Positions 18,013 to 26,879 of a stretch of DNA of 64,000 nucleotides are shown here, one piece after another. Position 1 is the stretch's first letter. Each line of letters begins with the position of its first letter. The translations under genes and the position numbers were made by a program. The notes under the pieces were generated by a model, which saw only the letters and a program-made list of their open reading frames with translations, searched no databases and was not told where the DNA came from. Where the stretch lies: NCBI GenBank assembly GCA_902628925.1, contig CACOPA010000001.1, positions 326,532 through 390,531 of the forward strand, given 5' to 3'. The stretch comes from an uncultured SAR86 cluster bacterium. GTDB lineage: Bacteria > Pseudomonadota > Gammaproteobacteria > Magnimaribacterales > D2472.

Positions 18013-18729
18013 ATGCAAAGACTACAAAAGTTTCTAGCGAGCGCTGGGTTTGGATCTAGGCGCAAATCTGAAGAAATCATAAAACGAGGAAGAGTCCGAC
18101 TCAATGATGCTCAAGCAAAGCTAGGAGATAAAGTTGGTGAATTAGACAAAGTATATGTTGATGGAAATTTAATAGAATCTATTGCTCAACCCACTAGAAT
18201 TATAATGCTTAATAAACAACGTGGTGTGATATGTTCTAAGAACCCACAAAAATTTGGCGCAACAATATTTGATAATTTACCTGATCCATCGACTAATTGG
18301 ATTTCAATCGGCAGACTTGATGTCAACACAACTGGCCTCTTATTAATAACAAATAATGGTGAGCTAGCACATAAACTCATGCATCCATCTTCGATAATTG
18401 ATAGAGAATATCTTGTCAGAGCAAGAGGGAACTTTAGTGAGAAAATCAAAGAATCCATGCTGAAAGGTATAAATATTGATGATAAAAAATTGCAGTTGAC
18501 AGATATTGTCCTGGGGGTGAAGCAATCATCCAATCAATGGTTTACTGTCTGTTTACAGTCAGGGAAAAATAGAGAAGTAAGAAATCTTTTTGATTATCAT
18601 GGCTTACAAGTCAGCAGACTAAAACGTGTTAGATTTGGTTCGATATTTTTAGATAAGGACTTAAAAGAAGGACAATTAAAAGAACTTACCTCAAATGAAG
18701 TCGACCAAATCATTGAAAATGGAATATAA
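18013..18729 (+). CDS. rluB: 23S rRNA pseudouridine synthase (RsuA/RluB family)
   Basis: Has an S4 domain (RLQKFLASAGFGSRRKSEEII..GRV) and the catalytic motif GRLDVNTTGLLL. Shows scpAB-rluB synteny. Confidence 0.85.
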   Translation: MQRLQKFLASAGFGSRRKSEEIIKRGRVRLNDAQAKLGDKVGELDKVYVDGNLIESIAQPTRIIMLNKQRGVICSKNPQKFGATIFDNLPDPSTNWISIGRLDVNTTGLLLITNNGELAHKLMHPSSIIDREYLVRARGNFSEKIKESMLKGINIDDKKLQLTDIVLGVKQSSNQWFTVCLQSGKNREVRNLFDYHGLQVSRLKRVRFGSIFLDKDLKEGQLKELTSNEVDQIIENGI

Positions 18730-19300
18730 GAAGATTCATTTGGATTTATTAAAAATTTCTAAAAAAAATAACCACTCTAGTTTTTTAAATTTTTTAAAAA
18801 TCAGCCCTCCAAAACAGCTCAAAGTATTTAATGGAGAATTGTCAGTCTATTTATCAAAGGCAATTGTAGGACAACAACTTTCTACAAAAGCTGCAAAAAC
18901 TATATGGGAGCGAGCTGAGAAATTTATCATTAATCTACCATTACAAAATAGGAACTTAGAGAATGACCTTAGGGATAGCGGACTCTCTCAAAAAAAATGT
19001 GAATATGTAAAAAATATTTTAATTTCTAATAAATTACAAAAGAAGAAAAATTATTACAAAACCATTGGAGCAGAGGGATTCACTAATTTATTAATTTCTT
19101 ATAAGGGGATAGGGCCTTGGACAGTAGATATGGCAAAAATGTTTTTCCTAGGTGATGTCGATATATTGCCCAAAGGAGATTTAGGCATAAAAAGGGCATG
19201 CAATAATTTTTTTCCTAATGAGACCTTAGAAAGTATCGAGGAGATTTATAAACCCTTTAATTCCTACCTGAGTTTGAACCTATGGGATAGTCTTGATTAA
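18719..19300 (+). CDS. DNA-3-methyladenine glycosylase II-like (HhH-GPD, AlkA family)
   Basis: Contains GQQLSTKAAKTIWER, YKGIGPWTVDMAKMFFLGDVDILPKGDLGIKRA. The start is taken at MEYKK (18719); the ORF-track start is 18695. Confidence 0.7.
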   Translation: MEYKKIHLDLLKISKKNNHSSFLNFLKISPPKQLKVFNGELSVYLSKAIVGQQLSTKAAKTIWERAEKFIINLPLQNRNLENDLRDSGLSQKKCEYVKNILISNKLQKKKNYYKTIGAEGFTNLLISYKGIGPWTVDMAKMFFLGDVDILPKGDLGIKRACNNFFPNETLESIEEIYKPFNSYLSLNLWDSLD

Positions 19301-20023
19301 TTCTGAATATCTAAAGTAATGTTCAGTTGCGGCATCACTATCCTTTGAGAAAAACCAGTCATAACAAGGCATTAGATCATCTAGTGATTTAAGGTCATTT
19401 GGGTCTTCGCCAGGATATGCAGTTGACCTCATATCCGTTGGAGATGCACCCGGATCAAAATTAAATATCTTTAGATCATGAATATTTTCGAGTTCATCTC
19501 GAAATATTTCAGCCAGTCCCTTCACAGCAAACTTGCTTACCGAATATGCTCCCCAAAAAGCCTTACCATAATCAGCCACACCAGAAGACGTAAAAATAAT
19601 TCTAGCTTTTTGAGAGTTAGTTAAAATTGGTAGCATGGTCTTTGCTAGCATAAACTGTGAAGTGAGGTTTACATTCATTACCTTGTTCCAAGTTTCTAAA
19701 TCATAATCACTCAAGGCACTCATCTTGCCTAAAATTGCTGCATTTAGAACAAGGCCGTAAAGTTCATCATAGTTTTCGTCAATATTTAATTTAATTTCAT
19801 TGTAATGAGATGCATCTAAGTTGCTTAAATCACAGCAAATAATAAGATGCTTACCTTTCGGGTTAATTGACACCAATCCATCATAGGTCTTGTTAAGACT
19901 CTCCTCATTGCTTGCTAGTAAAACTATGTTAGCTCCTTGAGAAGCAAAATGCGTTGCTAGCTTATTGCCTATCCCTCTAGTGGCACCAGTGATCAGAATA
20001 TTTTTATTTTCAAGCGTGTTCAT
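19280..20023 (-). CDS. Short-chain dehydrogenase/reductase (YciK-like)
   Basis: Contains TGATRGIG and YSVSK. It is the third gene of a ubiG-HAD-SDR trio, as in Pseudomonas. Confidence 0.7.
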   Translation of the reverse strand: MNTLENKNILITGATRGIGNKLATHFASQGANIVLLASNEESLNKTYDGLVSINPKGKHLIICCDLSNLDASHYNEIKLNIDENYDELYGLVLNAAILGKMSALSDYDLETWNKVMNVNLTSQFMLAKTMLPILTNSQKARIIFTSSGVADYGKAFWGAYSVSKFAVKGLAEIFRDELENIHDLKIFNFDPGASPTDMRSTAYPGEDPNDLKSLDDLMPCYDWFFSKDSDAATEHYFRYSELIKTIP

Positions 20024-20675
20024 CTAGCAACTTAAAATTAGTTTTTGAAAACTCTAATAAATTTCTAACTTCAATATCATCATTGTCAAGGTCAGATGAT
20101 TTTAATGCATACCCATAAGTGCATGCTGCGGTAAGAGTTCCTGCTGCTCTAGAAGCCATTAAATCCTTTTGGTGATCTCCAAAATAAATCACTTCTTTCG
20201 GATTAAGGTTAAGCTGATTGCATGCTAACAATATTCCTTCAGGACTAGGTTTAGCTTTTTTTAGATGATCTGGACAAACCAAGGTCATACAGGATGATAG
20301 ATCAGGGGTTTCTTCAATAATTTTAGAGGCATATACATATGGTTTGTTAGTTACGATTCCCCATTTCAAATTATTGAGTTTAGTTTTTTCAATCAATTCC
20401 GAAGCACCAATAAATAAATTTGAAAACTTGCCAAGGTTATTTTTATAAGTATCAAGAAATTCTTTTTTTAATTTTTCGAATTCAGGATGATCCTCCTCAA
20501 TTTTAAATCCAAGCTTGACTAACATTGCGCTTCCATCAGAAACATAAGATCTTATTAAATCTGCATCTGTTGGAGGCTTTTGATATTTTTCTAAAAGAGA
20601 ATTTAAGCAATAAACAAAGTCTGGAGCAGAATCAAGTAAGGTGCCATCCAAATCAAAGAGCAATCCTTTAATCAA
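20010..20675 (-). CDS. HAD-family phosphatase (phosphoglycolate phosphatase / MupP-like)
   Basis: Contains LLFDLDGTLLDS, VTNK and GD...D. Overlaps both neighbouring genes. Confidence 0.7.
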   Translation of the reverse strand: MIKGLLFDLDGTLLDSAPDFVYCLNSLLEKYQKPPTDADLIRSYVSDGSAMLVKLGFKIEEDHPEFEKLKKEFLDTYKNNLGKFSNLFIGASELIEKTKLNNLKWGIVTNKPYVYASKIIEETPDLSSCMTLVCPDHLKKAKPSPEGILLACNQLNLNPKEVIYFGDHQKDLMASRAAGTLTAACTYGYALKSSDLDNDDIEVRNLLEFSKTNFKLLDEHA

Positions 20676-21369
20676 CTTTTACACCATGCATCATATAGTT
20701 AACACCTAAATCATTATTTAGTGTTGCACTATGAAAGAGGGGGTTATAAAAAAGACCCTTGCTTTCCATAAGCCTTACATTTGCTGAAGTCATATATGAC
20801 TCTAGTTCATAAGGTTTTATAAATTTTGCATATTCATGAGTGCCTTTAGGCAACAATTGAAAGAGGTATTCGGCTCCAAAAATTGCTGTTACAAAAGATC
20901 GTGGATTTTTATTGATTGTTGAAAGGAACAAGGACCCATGTCTTTTGAGCATAGAGGAGCATTCGTTTATTAAAACTGATGGGTCAGGTACGTGCTCCAA
21001 AACCTCAAGACAGGTCACAATATCAAAGTAGTTTTTATGATTATTTGAAAAACTCTTCGCATCTGTGAGATGGTATGAAATATTTTTTTTGTGAGCATTA
21101 GCATGATGTTTTGCTACTTCAATATTTCTTTCTGTTACATCTATTGCTGAAACCTCAGCTCCCGCATCAAATAATGCTTCAGCAAGAAGACCGCCACCAC
21201 ATCCAACATCCAAAACTTTTTTGCCCTTAAGATCAATTTTATTGGAGATATATTCTGCTCTGATTGGATTAATCACATGCAAGGGTTTGAAATCACCAGT
21301 GGGATCCCACCATTGTTCTGCAATGGCTGCAAATTTTTGAACTTCATTTTGGTCGATATTATCAGTCAT
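20668..21369 (-). CDS. ubiG: Bifunctional ubiquinone biosynthesis O-methyltransferase
   Basis: Contains EVQKFAAIAEQWWDPTGDFKPLH.INP.R, the SAM motif VLDVGCGGGLLAE, and EVLEHVPDP. Confidence 0.9.
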   Translation of the reverse strand: MTDNIDQNEVQKFAAIAEQWWDPTGDFKPLHVINPIRAEYISNKIDLKGKKVLDVGCGGGLLAEALFDAGAEVSAIDVTERNIEVAKHHANAHKKNISYHLTDAKSFSNNHKNYFDIVTCLEVLEHVPDPSVLINECSSMLKRHGSLFLSTINKNPRSFVTAIFGAEYLFQLLPKGTHEYAKFIKPYELESYMTSANVRLMESKGLFYNPLFHSATLNNDLGVNYMMHGVKVD

Positions 21370-21619
21370 AGCTTATTCATTATTAGTGAACAGGATTGTA
21401 AGTATTTTTGTTATAAAAATGTAATTTCGAAAAAAGTTTTTATATATAGTATTTAGGAATTATTGTTGTTTTATCAATAAATTTATATAAAATTCACCAT
21501 CTATGTCGCAAATCCTTGTAAAACTAACATCCTAGTTTGATTATTTCTATTATTAATTTTAATTTTATTCTTTAGATTCTGTTGGAGATAGTACTATAGC
21601 TTCGCAAAAGAAAAACTTC

Positions 21620-22123
21620 ATGCCTATCAATGAAAAGATTAGGGCTGATGAAGTTATGTTAATTGATGATAGCGGTGAAAAACTTGGGATCGTCATGATT
21701 GAAGAAGCGCTCGATAAAGCAAAAGCAAAAAACATTGATCTTGTTCAAGTATCACCTTATGGTGCAAATCCAACTGTATGCAAATTATTAGATTACGGTA
21801 AATTCCAATTTGAAAAGAAGAAAAATCAAGGGGGCGCAAAAAAACAGAGAAAACAGTCCTTAAAAGAGATTAAATTCAGGCCCTCTACAGATGTTGGTGA
21901 TTACAACATTAAATTAAAAAAGATAAAAAACTTTATTATTGACGGAGATAAGACTAAAATTAGCGTCCGATTTAGGGGGCGTGAGATTTTAAACTCTAAT
22001 CTAGGTCTTGAGCTGCTTAATCGAATTAAAGATGACTTAAGTGATGTTGCTCAAGTTGACCAAGAGCCTTCATTGGAAGGTAGACAACTGTTGATGGTGC
22101 TTTCTAAAGTCAAAAAGAAATAA
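21620..22123 (+). CDS. infC: Translation initiation factor IF-3
   Basis: Contains [25 protein letters not shown]...P.VCKL.DYGKF, KEIKFRP..D.GDY, RFRGRE and EGRQLLMVL. The true start is possibly ATA at 21596. See finding. Confidence 0.9.
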   Translation: MPINEKIRADEVMLIDDSGEKLGIVMIEEALDKAKAKNIDLVQVSPYGANPTVCKLLDYGKFQFEKKKNQGGAKKQRKQSLKEIKFRPSTDVGDYNIKLKKIKNFIIDGDKTKISVRFRGREILNSNLGLELLNRIKDDLSDVAQVDQEPSLEGRQLLMVLSKVKKK

Positions 22124-22130
22124 AATTATT

Positions 22131-22325
22131 ATGGGTTATAAGTTAAAAACACACTCTAGTGCTAAAAAGAGATTTAAAAAGACAGGTTCTGGCTTAAAGC
22201 GAAGAAGTGCCAACAGATCTCATATTTTAACCAAGCAAACCACCAAGAGAAAAAGACACAATAGAGGGCTTATTAAGATGCAAGATGAAACTAAAAAAAT
22301 AGCATCTAAACTTTTAGTCAAATAA
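22131..22325 (+). CDS. rpmI: 50S ribosomal protein L35
   Basis: A 64-aa basic protein with [20 protein letters not shown]. Shows infC-rpmI-rplT order. Confidence 0.9.
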   Translation: MGYKLKTHSSAKKRFKKTGSGLKRRSANRSHILTKQTTKRKRHNRGLIKMQDETKKIASKLLVK

Positions 22326-22334
22326 GAGATAATC

Positions 22335-22682
22335 ATGCCAAGAACAACTAAAGCTGTAACAGCAAAAGCCAAACATAAAAAAGTTCTTTCCTCTACAAAA
22401 GGCCACTATGGTGCGAGAAGTAGGCTATATAAAACTGCAAAACAGTCAAATATTAAATCGCTTCAATACGCTTTTAGAGATAGAAAGAACAAGAAGAGAA
22501 CCTTTAGATCTTTGTGGATTGCTAGAATATCAGCTGCACTAAATGATCATGAGATCTCATATAGCAGGTTTATAAACAACCTTTCAAAGTCTGATATAAA
22601 GCTTGATAGAAGAATTCTATCTGGAATCGCTTATTCTGACCCAAAAACATTTTCAAAGATTGTAGATAAAGTAAGGCTATAA
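22335..22682 (+). CDS. rplT: 50S ribosomal protein L20
   Basis: Contains KGHYGARSRLYKTAKQ, AFRDRKNKKR.FR.LWIARI.AA. Confidence 0.95.
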   Translation: MPRTTKAVTAKAKHKKVLSSTKGHYGARSRLYKTAKQSNIKSLQYAFRDRKNKKRTFRSLWIARISAALNDHEISYSRFINNLSKSDIKLDRRILSGIAYSDPKTFSKIVDKVRL

Positions 22683-22689
22683 TGCTCTC

Positions 22690-23661
22690 ATGCAAATCCC
22701 AAAGGATTTAATTGAAGAGGCCTTACGAAGTTTATCTTCCGTAGCTAACGAATCAGATTTTTTCAAAGTCAGATCCCAATTCTTAGGTAAAAAATCTTTC
22801 ATTCAGCTAAGTTTCAAAGAGTTAAAAAATCTAGATCCTGAAAAAAAAGTTCTTGCGGCAAAAGAACTTAATCTATTAAGAAATCAATTAAATAATATTT
22901 TTAGGGACTTCCAAGAGAATATTAATTTTAATAGTGCAGTTGATATCATTGATACCTCGTTGCCAGTTCAAGATTCGGTATCCGGAGCTCACCCAATTTC
23001 TGAATGTACTAATAAAATATTAAGGTATTTTGAAAATCTTAATTTCAAAACTTTCTATGGCAATGAAATAGAAACTGATTTTTATAATTTTGAAGCTTTA
23101 AATTTTCCAAAAAACCATCCCGCAAGACAAATGCATGATACTTTTTATGTCGATACAAAATCAAAAGACAGTTACTTATTAAGGACTCATACCTCTAATA
23201 CTCAAATTCACTCAATGTTAGAGCATGCAGCTCCGATATATATGCTTTCTCCCGGGAGAGTGTATAGGTGCGATTCTGATACAACTCATCTTCCAATGTT
23301 CACGCAGGTGGAAGGTTTGGCTGTCGATGTTGATATCAGCTTTGCTGACTTGAAAGGAATTTTGATTGACTTTCTTGAATTCTTTTTTAACAAAAAAATG
23401 GATGTCCGTTTTAGGCCATCTTATTTCCCATTTACTGAACCTTCTGCGGAGGTGGATATTAAGTTTGATTCAGATTGGCTAGAGGTTTTGGGTTGTGGAA
23501 TGGTCCATCCAAATGTTCTTAAAAACTGCAATATCGATCATCATAAATTCCAAGGTTATGCTTTTGGAATGGGTGTAGAAAGGCTTGCGATGCTTTATTA
23601 CGGTGTTAAGGATATTCGAGACTTCTACTCATCTAATTTAGAATTTTTAGAGCAAATTTAA
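22690..23661 (+). CDS. pheS: Phenylalanine--tRNA ligase alpha subunit
   Basis: Contains HPARQMHDTFY, LLRTHTS, PGRVYR.D.D.TH...F.Q.EG and FPFTEPS.EVD. Confidence 0.95.
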   Translation: MQIPKDLIEEALRSLSSVANESDFFKVRSQFLGKKSFIQLSFKELKNLDPEKKVLAAKELNLLRNQLNNIFRDFQENINFNSAVDIIDTSLPVQDSVSGAHPISECTNKILRYFENLNFKTFYGNEIETDFYNFEALNFPKNHPARQMHDTFYVDTKSKDSYLLRTHTSNTQIHSMLEHAAPIYMLSPGRVYRCDSDTTHLPMFTQVEGLAVDVDISFADLKGILIDFLEFFFNKKMDVRFRPSYFPFTEPSAEVDIKFDSDWLEVLGCGMVHPNVLKNCNIDHHKFQGYAFGMGVERLAMLYYGVKDIRDFYSSNLEFLEQI

Positions 23662-23662
23662 T

Positions 23663-25663
23663 ATGAGAATCGAATATTCATATTTAAAGAAATTTTTAGC
23701 CTCTAATGAAAGTCAAAATAGACTTTCTGCGATTTTTACTGATCTTGGATTTGAATGTGAGGTTGATGGTAATTGCATAGACTTTGATTTAACTCCAAAT
23801 AGGGGTGATGCTTTTTCCTTAAAGGGGCTGGCAAGAGATTATTGGGCATTCAAAAATCAAGATCTCCATAAAAAATCTTTTTCTTCAAAAAATAATCTTA
23901 CTTTCAAGAGAGACTTAAAAGTAATTAAGGAGATAGAAACAAATGCATGTAAAAATTATCACCTACTTTTGTTGGATGATATTGTTCTAAAAAAATCTCT
24001 TCCAAAAAATATTAAATCATTACTTGAAAGTGCTGGCATTCCGCTTATCCATCCCCTAGTGGACTTAGGTAATTTTGTTATGCTTGAGCAGGGAACACCT
24101 CTTCATGTATTTGATAGGGAAACCCTAAGCTTGCCTATTTCAGTTGGTTTTTCTGTTAATAAAGAATCCCTTAAAGTAATAGGCAATGAAGTTAAAGAGA
24201 TCACCAAAGATACACTGATAATTCGTGATGAGTCTGGAGCAATTGCAATAGCCGGAATTATCGGAGGTGCTAACACCGCTGTTTCAGATTCTACAAAATC
24301 AATTGCAATTGAAGCTGCGTTCTTCTCACCTGAAAGCTTAATGAATAAGGCAAGACAATATGGTTTGAGTACTGATGCATCAACAAGATTTGAAAGGGGG
24401 GTTGATCCGTCAATTCAAGCATTTGCGCTTGAGAGATATTTAGATTTACTTGAAGAAATAGCTTCATTCAAATTAATAGGCTGCAATAAGTTAGAAAAGA
24501 AAACAAACTTCGCAAAAAAGATCACCCTAGATTATCTAAATTTTGAATCTTTTGCGGGCGTTAAGATATCTAAAAAATTCATTACAAGAACACTTAAATT
24601 GCTTGGGTTTATAGAAATCGATTCCTTTAAAACAGGGTTAACTATTTCAACTCCAAGTCATAGATTTGACATGAGCCTTGCTGAGGATCTTTATGAGGAA
24701 ATCCTGAGACATTATGGCTATGACAATCTTCCAGTGAACAAACCTAAGGCTGCACAATATGCGAAAGTTATTAGTAATAATATAAAGAACACCTTAAGAT
24801 TATTTTTCATAAATCGAGGCTATCAAGAGGTAATGCATATACCTTTCACAGCTTCAAACCTAGATCTCAGCGACAACAAATCAGTTAAAGTCGCAAATCC
24901 ATTAAATAGTGAAGAGTCTTTATTAAGAAGCAATCTCTTACAGTCATTGATTAGCGCTGTTGAAGATAACCTAAAGAGGGGGTTTAAAACTATAAATCTC
25001 TTTGAGATAGGAAGATCCTATAAAAAAAGCGGGATATCTTTTTCTGAAGAAGAAATTGTCAGTGGAGTAGTCTGCAGGTCAACTAAGGCTAAATTCTGGG
25101 ATCAAAATTCATTGGCATACAATTTTTTTACTTTAAAAAAAGACATTCAAGATTTGCTAAAAACACTTGGCTTCAAAAATTATGAATTCATTTTCAATAC
25201 CGATAATACATTTTTTAATGAAAACTCATTGATGATTAAAAACAATCATTCAAAAGAAATTATCGGCAGTTTTGGTGAAATCAATAATAATTTCTCATCC
25301 GAACAGTTGTACGGATTTAGTTTATTGGTTGATAAACTTCTTCAAACCAATCAAAGAGATAATTTAAATCCTGTTTCCAAATTTCCATTCTCTGAAAGAG
25401 ATTTAAATATTGTGCTTGATAAGAAAATTGATTATTCGGTTATTGAGAGCTTAATTTCAAAGCTTAAGATTAGCTATTTAAGAAAGTTCGAATTGATTGA
25501 TATATTCTCTGGAAAAGATCTCCAGGAAGATCAAAAAAGTCTAACCATTAGGTTTAGTTTCCAAAGCCAAAGTCGGTCTTTAAAAGATGAAGAAGTAAAT
25601 CAGTCAATCGATAAAATCTTGCGAAACTTAACTAGCAAACTATCTGCTAAACTTAGGAAGTGA
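23663..25663 (+). CDS. pheT: Phenylalanine--tRNA ligase beta subunit, short form (666 aa) lacking the N-terminal OB-fold tRNA-binding domain
   Basis: Has a B1-like N-terminus, then runs directly into DLTPNRGDAFSLKGLARD. The B3/4, B5 and C-terminal anticodon-binding-like domains are present. Confidence 0.9.
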   Translation: MRIEYSYLKKFLASNESQNRLSAIFTDLGFECEVDGNCIDFDLTPNRGDAFSLKGLARDYWAFKNQDLHKKSFSSKNNLTFKRDLKVIKEIETNACKNYHLLLLDDIVLKKSLPKNIKSLLESAGIPLIHPLVDLGNFVMLEQGTPLHVFDRETLSLPISVGFSVNKESLKVIGNEVKEITKDTLIIRDESGAIAIAGIIGGANTAVSDSTKSIAIEAAFFSPESLMNKARQYGLSTDASTRFERGVDPSIQAFALERYLDLLEEIASFKLIGCNKLEKKTNFAKKITLDYLNFESFAGVKISKKFITRTLKLLGFIEIDSFKTGLTISTPSHRFDMSLAEDLYEEILRHYGYDNLPVNKPKAAQYAKVISNNIKNTLRLFFINRGYQEVMHIPFTASNLDLSDNKSVKVANPLNSEESLLRSNLLQSLISAVEDNLKRGFKTINLFEIGRSYKKSGISFSEEEIVSGVVCRSTKAKFWDQNSLAYNFFTLKKDIQDLLKTLGFKNYEFIFNTDNTFFNENSLMIKNNHSKEIIGSFGEINNNFSSEQLYGFSLLVDKLLQTNQRDNLNPVSKFPFSERDLNIVLDKKIDYSVIESLISKLKISYLRKFELIDIFSGKDLQEDQKSLTIRFSFQSQSRSLKDEEVNQSIDKILRNLTSKLSAKLRK

Positions 25664-25938
25664 CTTTAACCAAAAAAGAACTTGCTCAAAACCTCAGTGA
25701 TCAAACTGAATTATCTTTTGCTGATGCAAAAAAATTTGTTGATTTATTTTTTGATACCATCAAGGAACAACTAAACTCTGGAAAGACCGTAAAACTTTCT
25801 GGTTTTGGGACATTTGATATTGTTCAAACAAAAGAGAGAGTTGGAAGAAATCCAAAAACAATGGAAGAGTTCCCAATTCCGTCAAAGAGAAAAGTTAAAT
25901 TCACTGTATCTCCTAAAGTTAAAAAATCTATTAACTAG
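25660..25938 (+). CDS. ihfA: Integration host factor alpha subunit
   Basis: HU/IHF fold: LTKKELAQ.L, V.LSGFGTF......R.GRNPKT.E...I. GTG start within a GTGA overlap with pheT. Conserved pheST-ihfA synteny. Confidence 0.85.
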   Translation: MTLTKKELAQNLSDQTELSFADAKKFVDLFFDTIKEQLNSGKTVKLSGFGTFDIVQTKERVGRNPKTMEEFPIPSKRKVKFTVSPKVKKSIN

Positions 25939-25939
25939 T

Positions 25940-26710
25940 TTAGAGATTTAGAGAAACCCCTCCATCAACTGTGATAAGTTGTCCTGTGACTAGTGAGCTC
26001 CCACTTGCAAGATAATAAATTATTTCACCAATAGATTCAGGCGTACAGGTCTTTCTTAATGGCGCAGTTGCTTCTATGTGCTTTTTAGTACCCTCGTAGA
26101 CCTCTTCACCCATACCTTTTTTAAGCCATTCACCCTCAATGAATCCTGGGCAGATAGCATTTACTCTAATGGGCCCAAGATTTCTAGCCATTGACAGTGT
26201 CATGGTATTTAATGCTCCTTTTGAAGAGGCATATGCTATTGAACTACCAATGCCTTTGATACCGGCAATAGAGGAGATATTCACAATACTAGGGTTTGAA
26301 GATTCAATGAGATGTTGTTTGCATGATTTAACCATTTGAAATGGGCCAATGAGATTTACCGAGTAGATTTTAATAAAATCTTCTGCGGATAAAGATGAAA
26401 GATCAGAATGGTCCCAAACAAATTTTGTTGTACCTGCGTTGTTTATAAGAGAATCTAAGCCTCCCCAAAGTGATACGCATTTTTCAATGGTTGCATCACA
26501 ATCTTTTTGATTTGAAACATTCGCTTGAATTGCAACTATTTCACCTGAGAGATCATCTGACTGATTAGCAATATTCTCCGCTTCATCAATAGAGCTCGAG
26601 CATGTAATTAAAACATTCCACCCATGAGATGCTAATTTTTTTGCTGCAGCTGCTCCCACACCTCTGCTTCCTCCTGTGATAATTGCTGTATATTTTTTAT
26701 CTTTAAACAT
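25940..26710 (-). CDS. SDR-family oxidoreductase (FabG-like), substrate unknown
   Basis: Contains TGGSRGVGAA, NNAG and YASSKGAL. Its stop is 1 nt from the ihfA stop (convergent). Confidence 0.75.
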   Translation of the reverse strand: MFKDKKYTAIITGGSRGVGAAAAKKLASHGWNVLITCSSSIDEAENIANQSDDLSGEIVAIQANVSNQKDCDATIEKCVSLWGGLDSLINNAGTTKFVWDHSDLSSLSAEDFIKIYSVNLIGPFQMVKSCKQHLIESSNPSIVNISSIAGIKGIGSSIAYASSKGALNTMTLSMARNLGPIRVNAICPGFIEGEWLKKGMGEEVYEGTKKHIEATAPLRKTCTPESIGEIIYYLASGSSLVTGQLITVDGGVSLNL

Positions 26711-26761
26711 AATAAAGTTAGTTTAATTCATCGTTAAAAATTAAGAAAAAATAAATTTTAT

Positions 26762-26776
26762 TGTAGTGATACTACA
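26762..26776. promoter_or_regulatory. Perfect palindrome TGTAGT-gat-ACTACA (candidate operator) upstream of the SDR gene
   Basis: A 6+3+6 inverted repeat read directly from the sequence, 52 bp upstream of the SDR ATG. Its half-site recurs at 26829-26863. Confidence 0.4.
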
Positions 26777-26828
26777 TGCATCTCACATATAAATTATTGT
26801 TTTTAAGCTAATTTGTGTAAAGATTGAC

Positions 26829-26863
26829 ATATGTAGTCAAATAAATTCGAATGTACTACATAT
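26829..26863. promoter_or_regulatory. 9-bp perfect inverted repeat ATATGTAGT-N17-ACTACATAT abutting a TTGACA hexamer, upstream of pntAA
   Basis: The arms lie at 26829-26837 and 26855-26863. TTGACA lies at 26824-26829. It shares the TGTAGT/ACTACA half-site with 26762-26776. Confidence 0.4.
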
Positions 26864-26879
26864 TAATTAAATATTTAAC

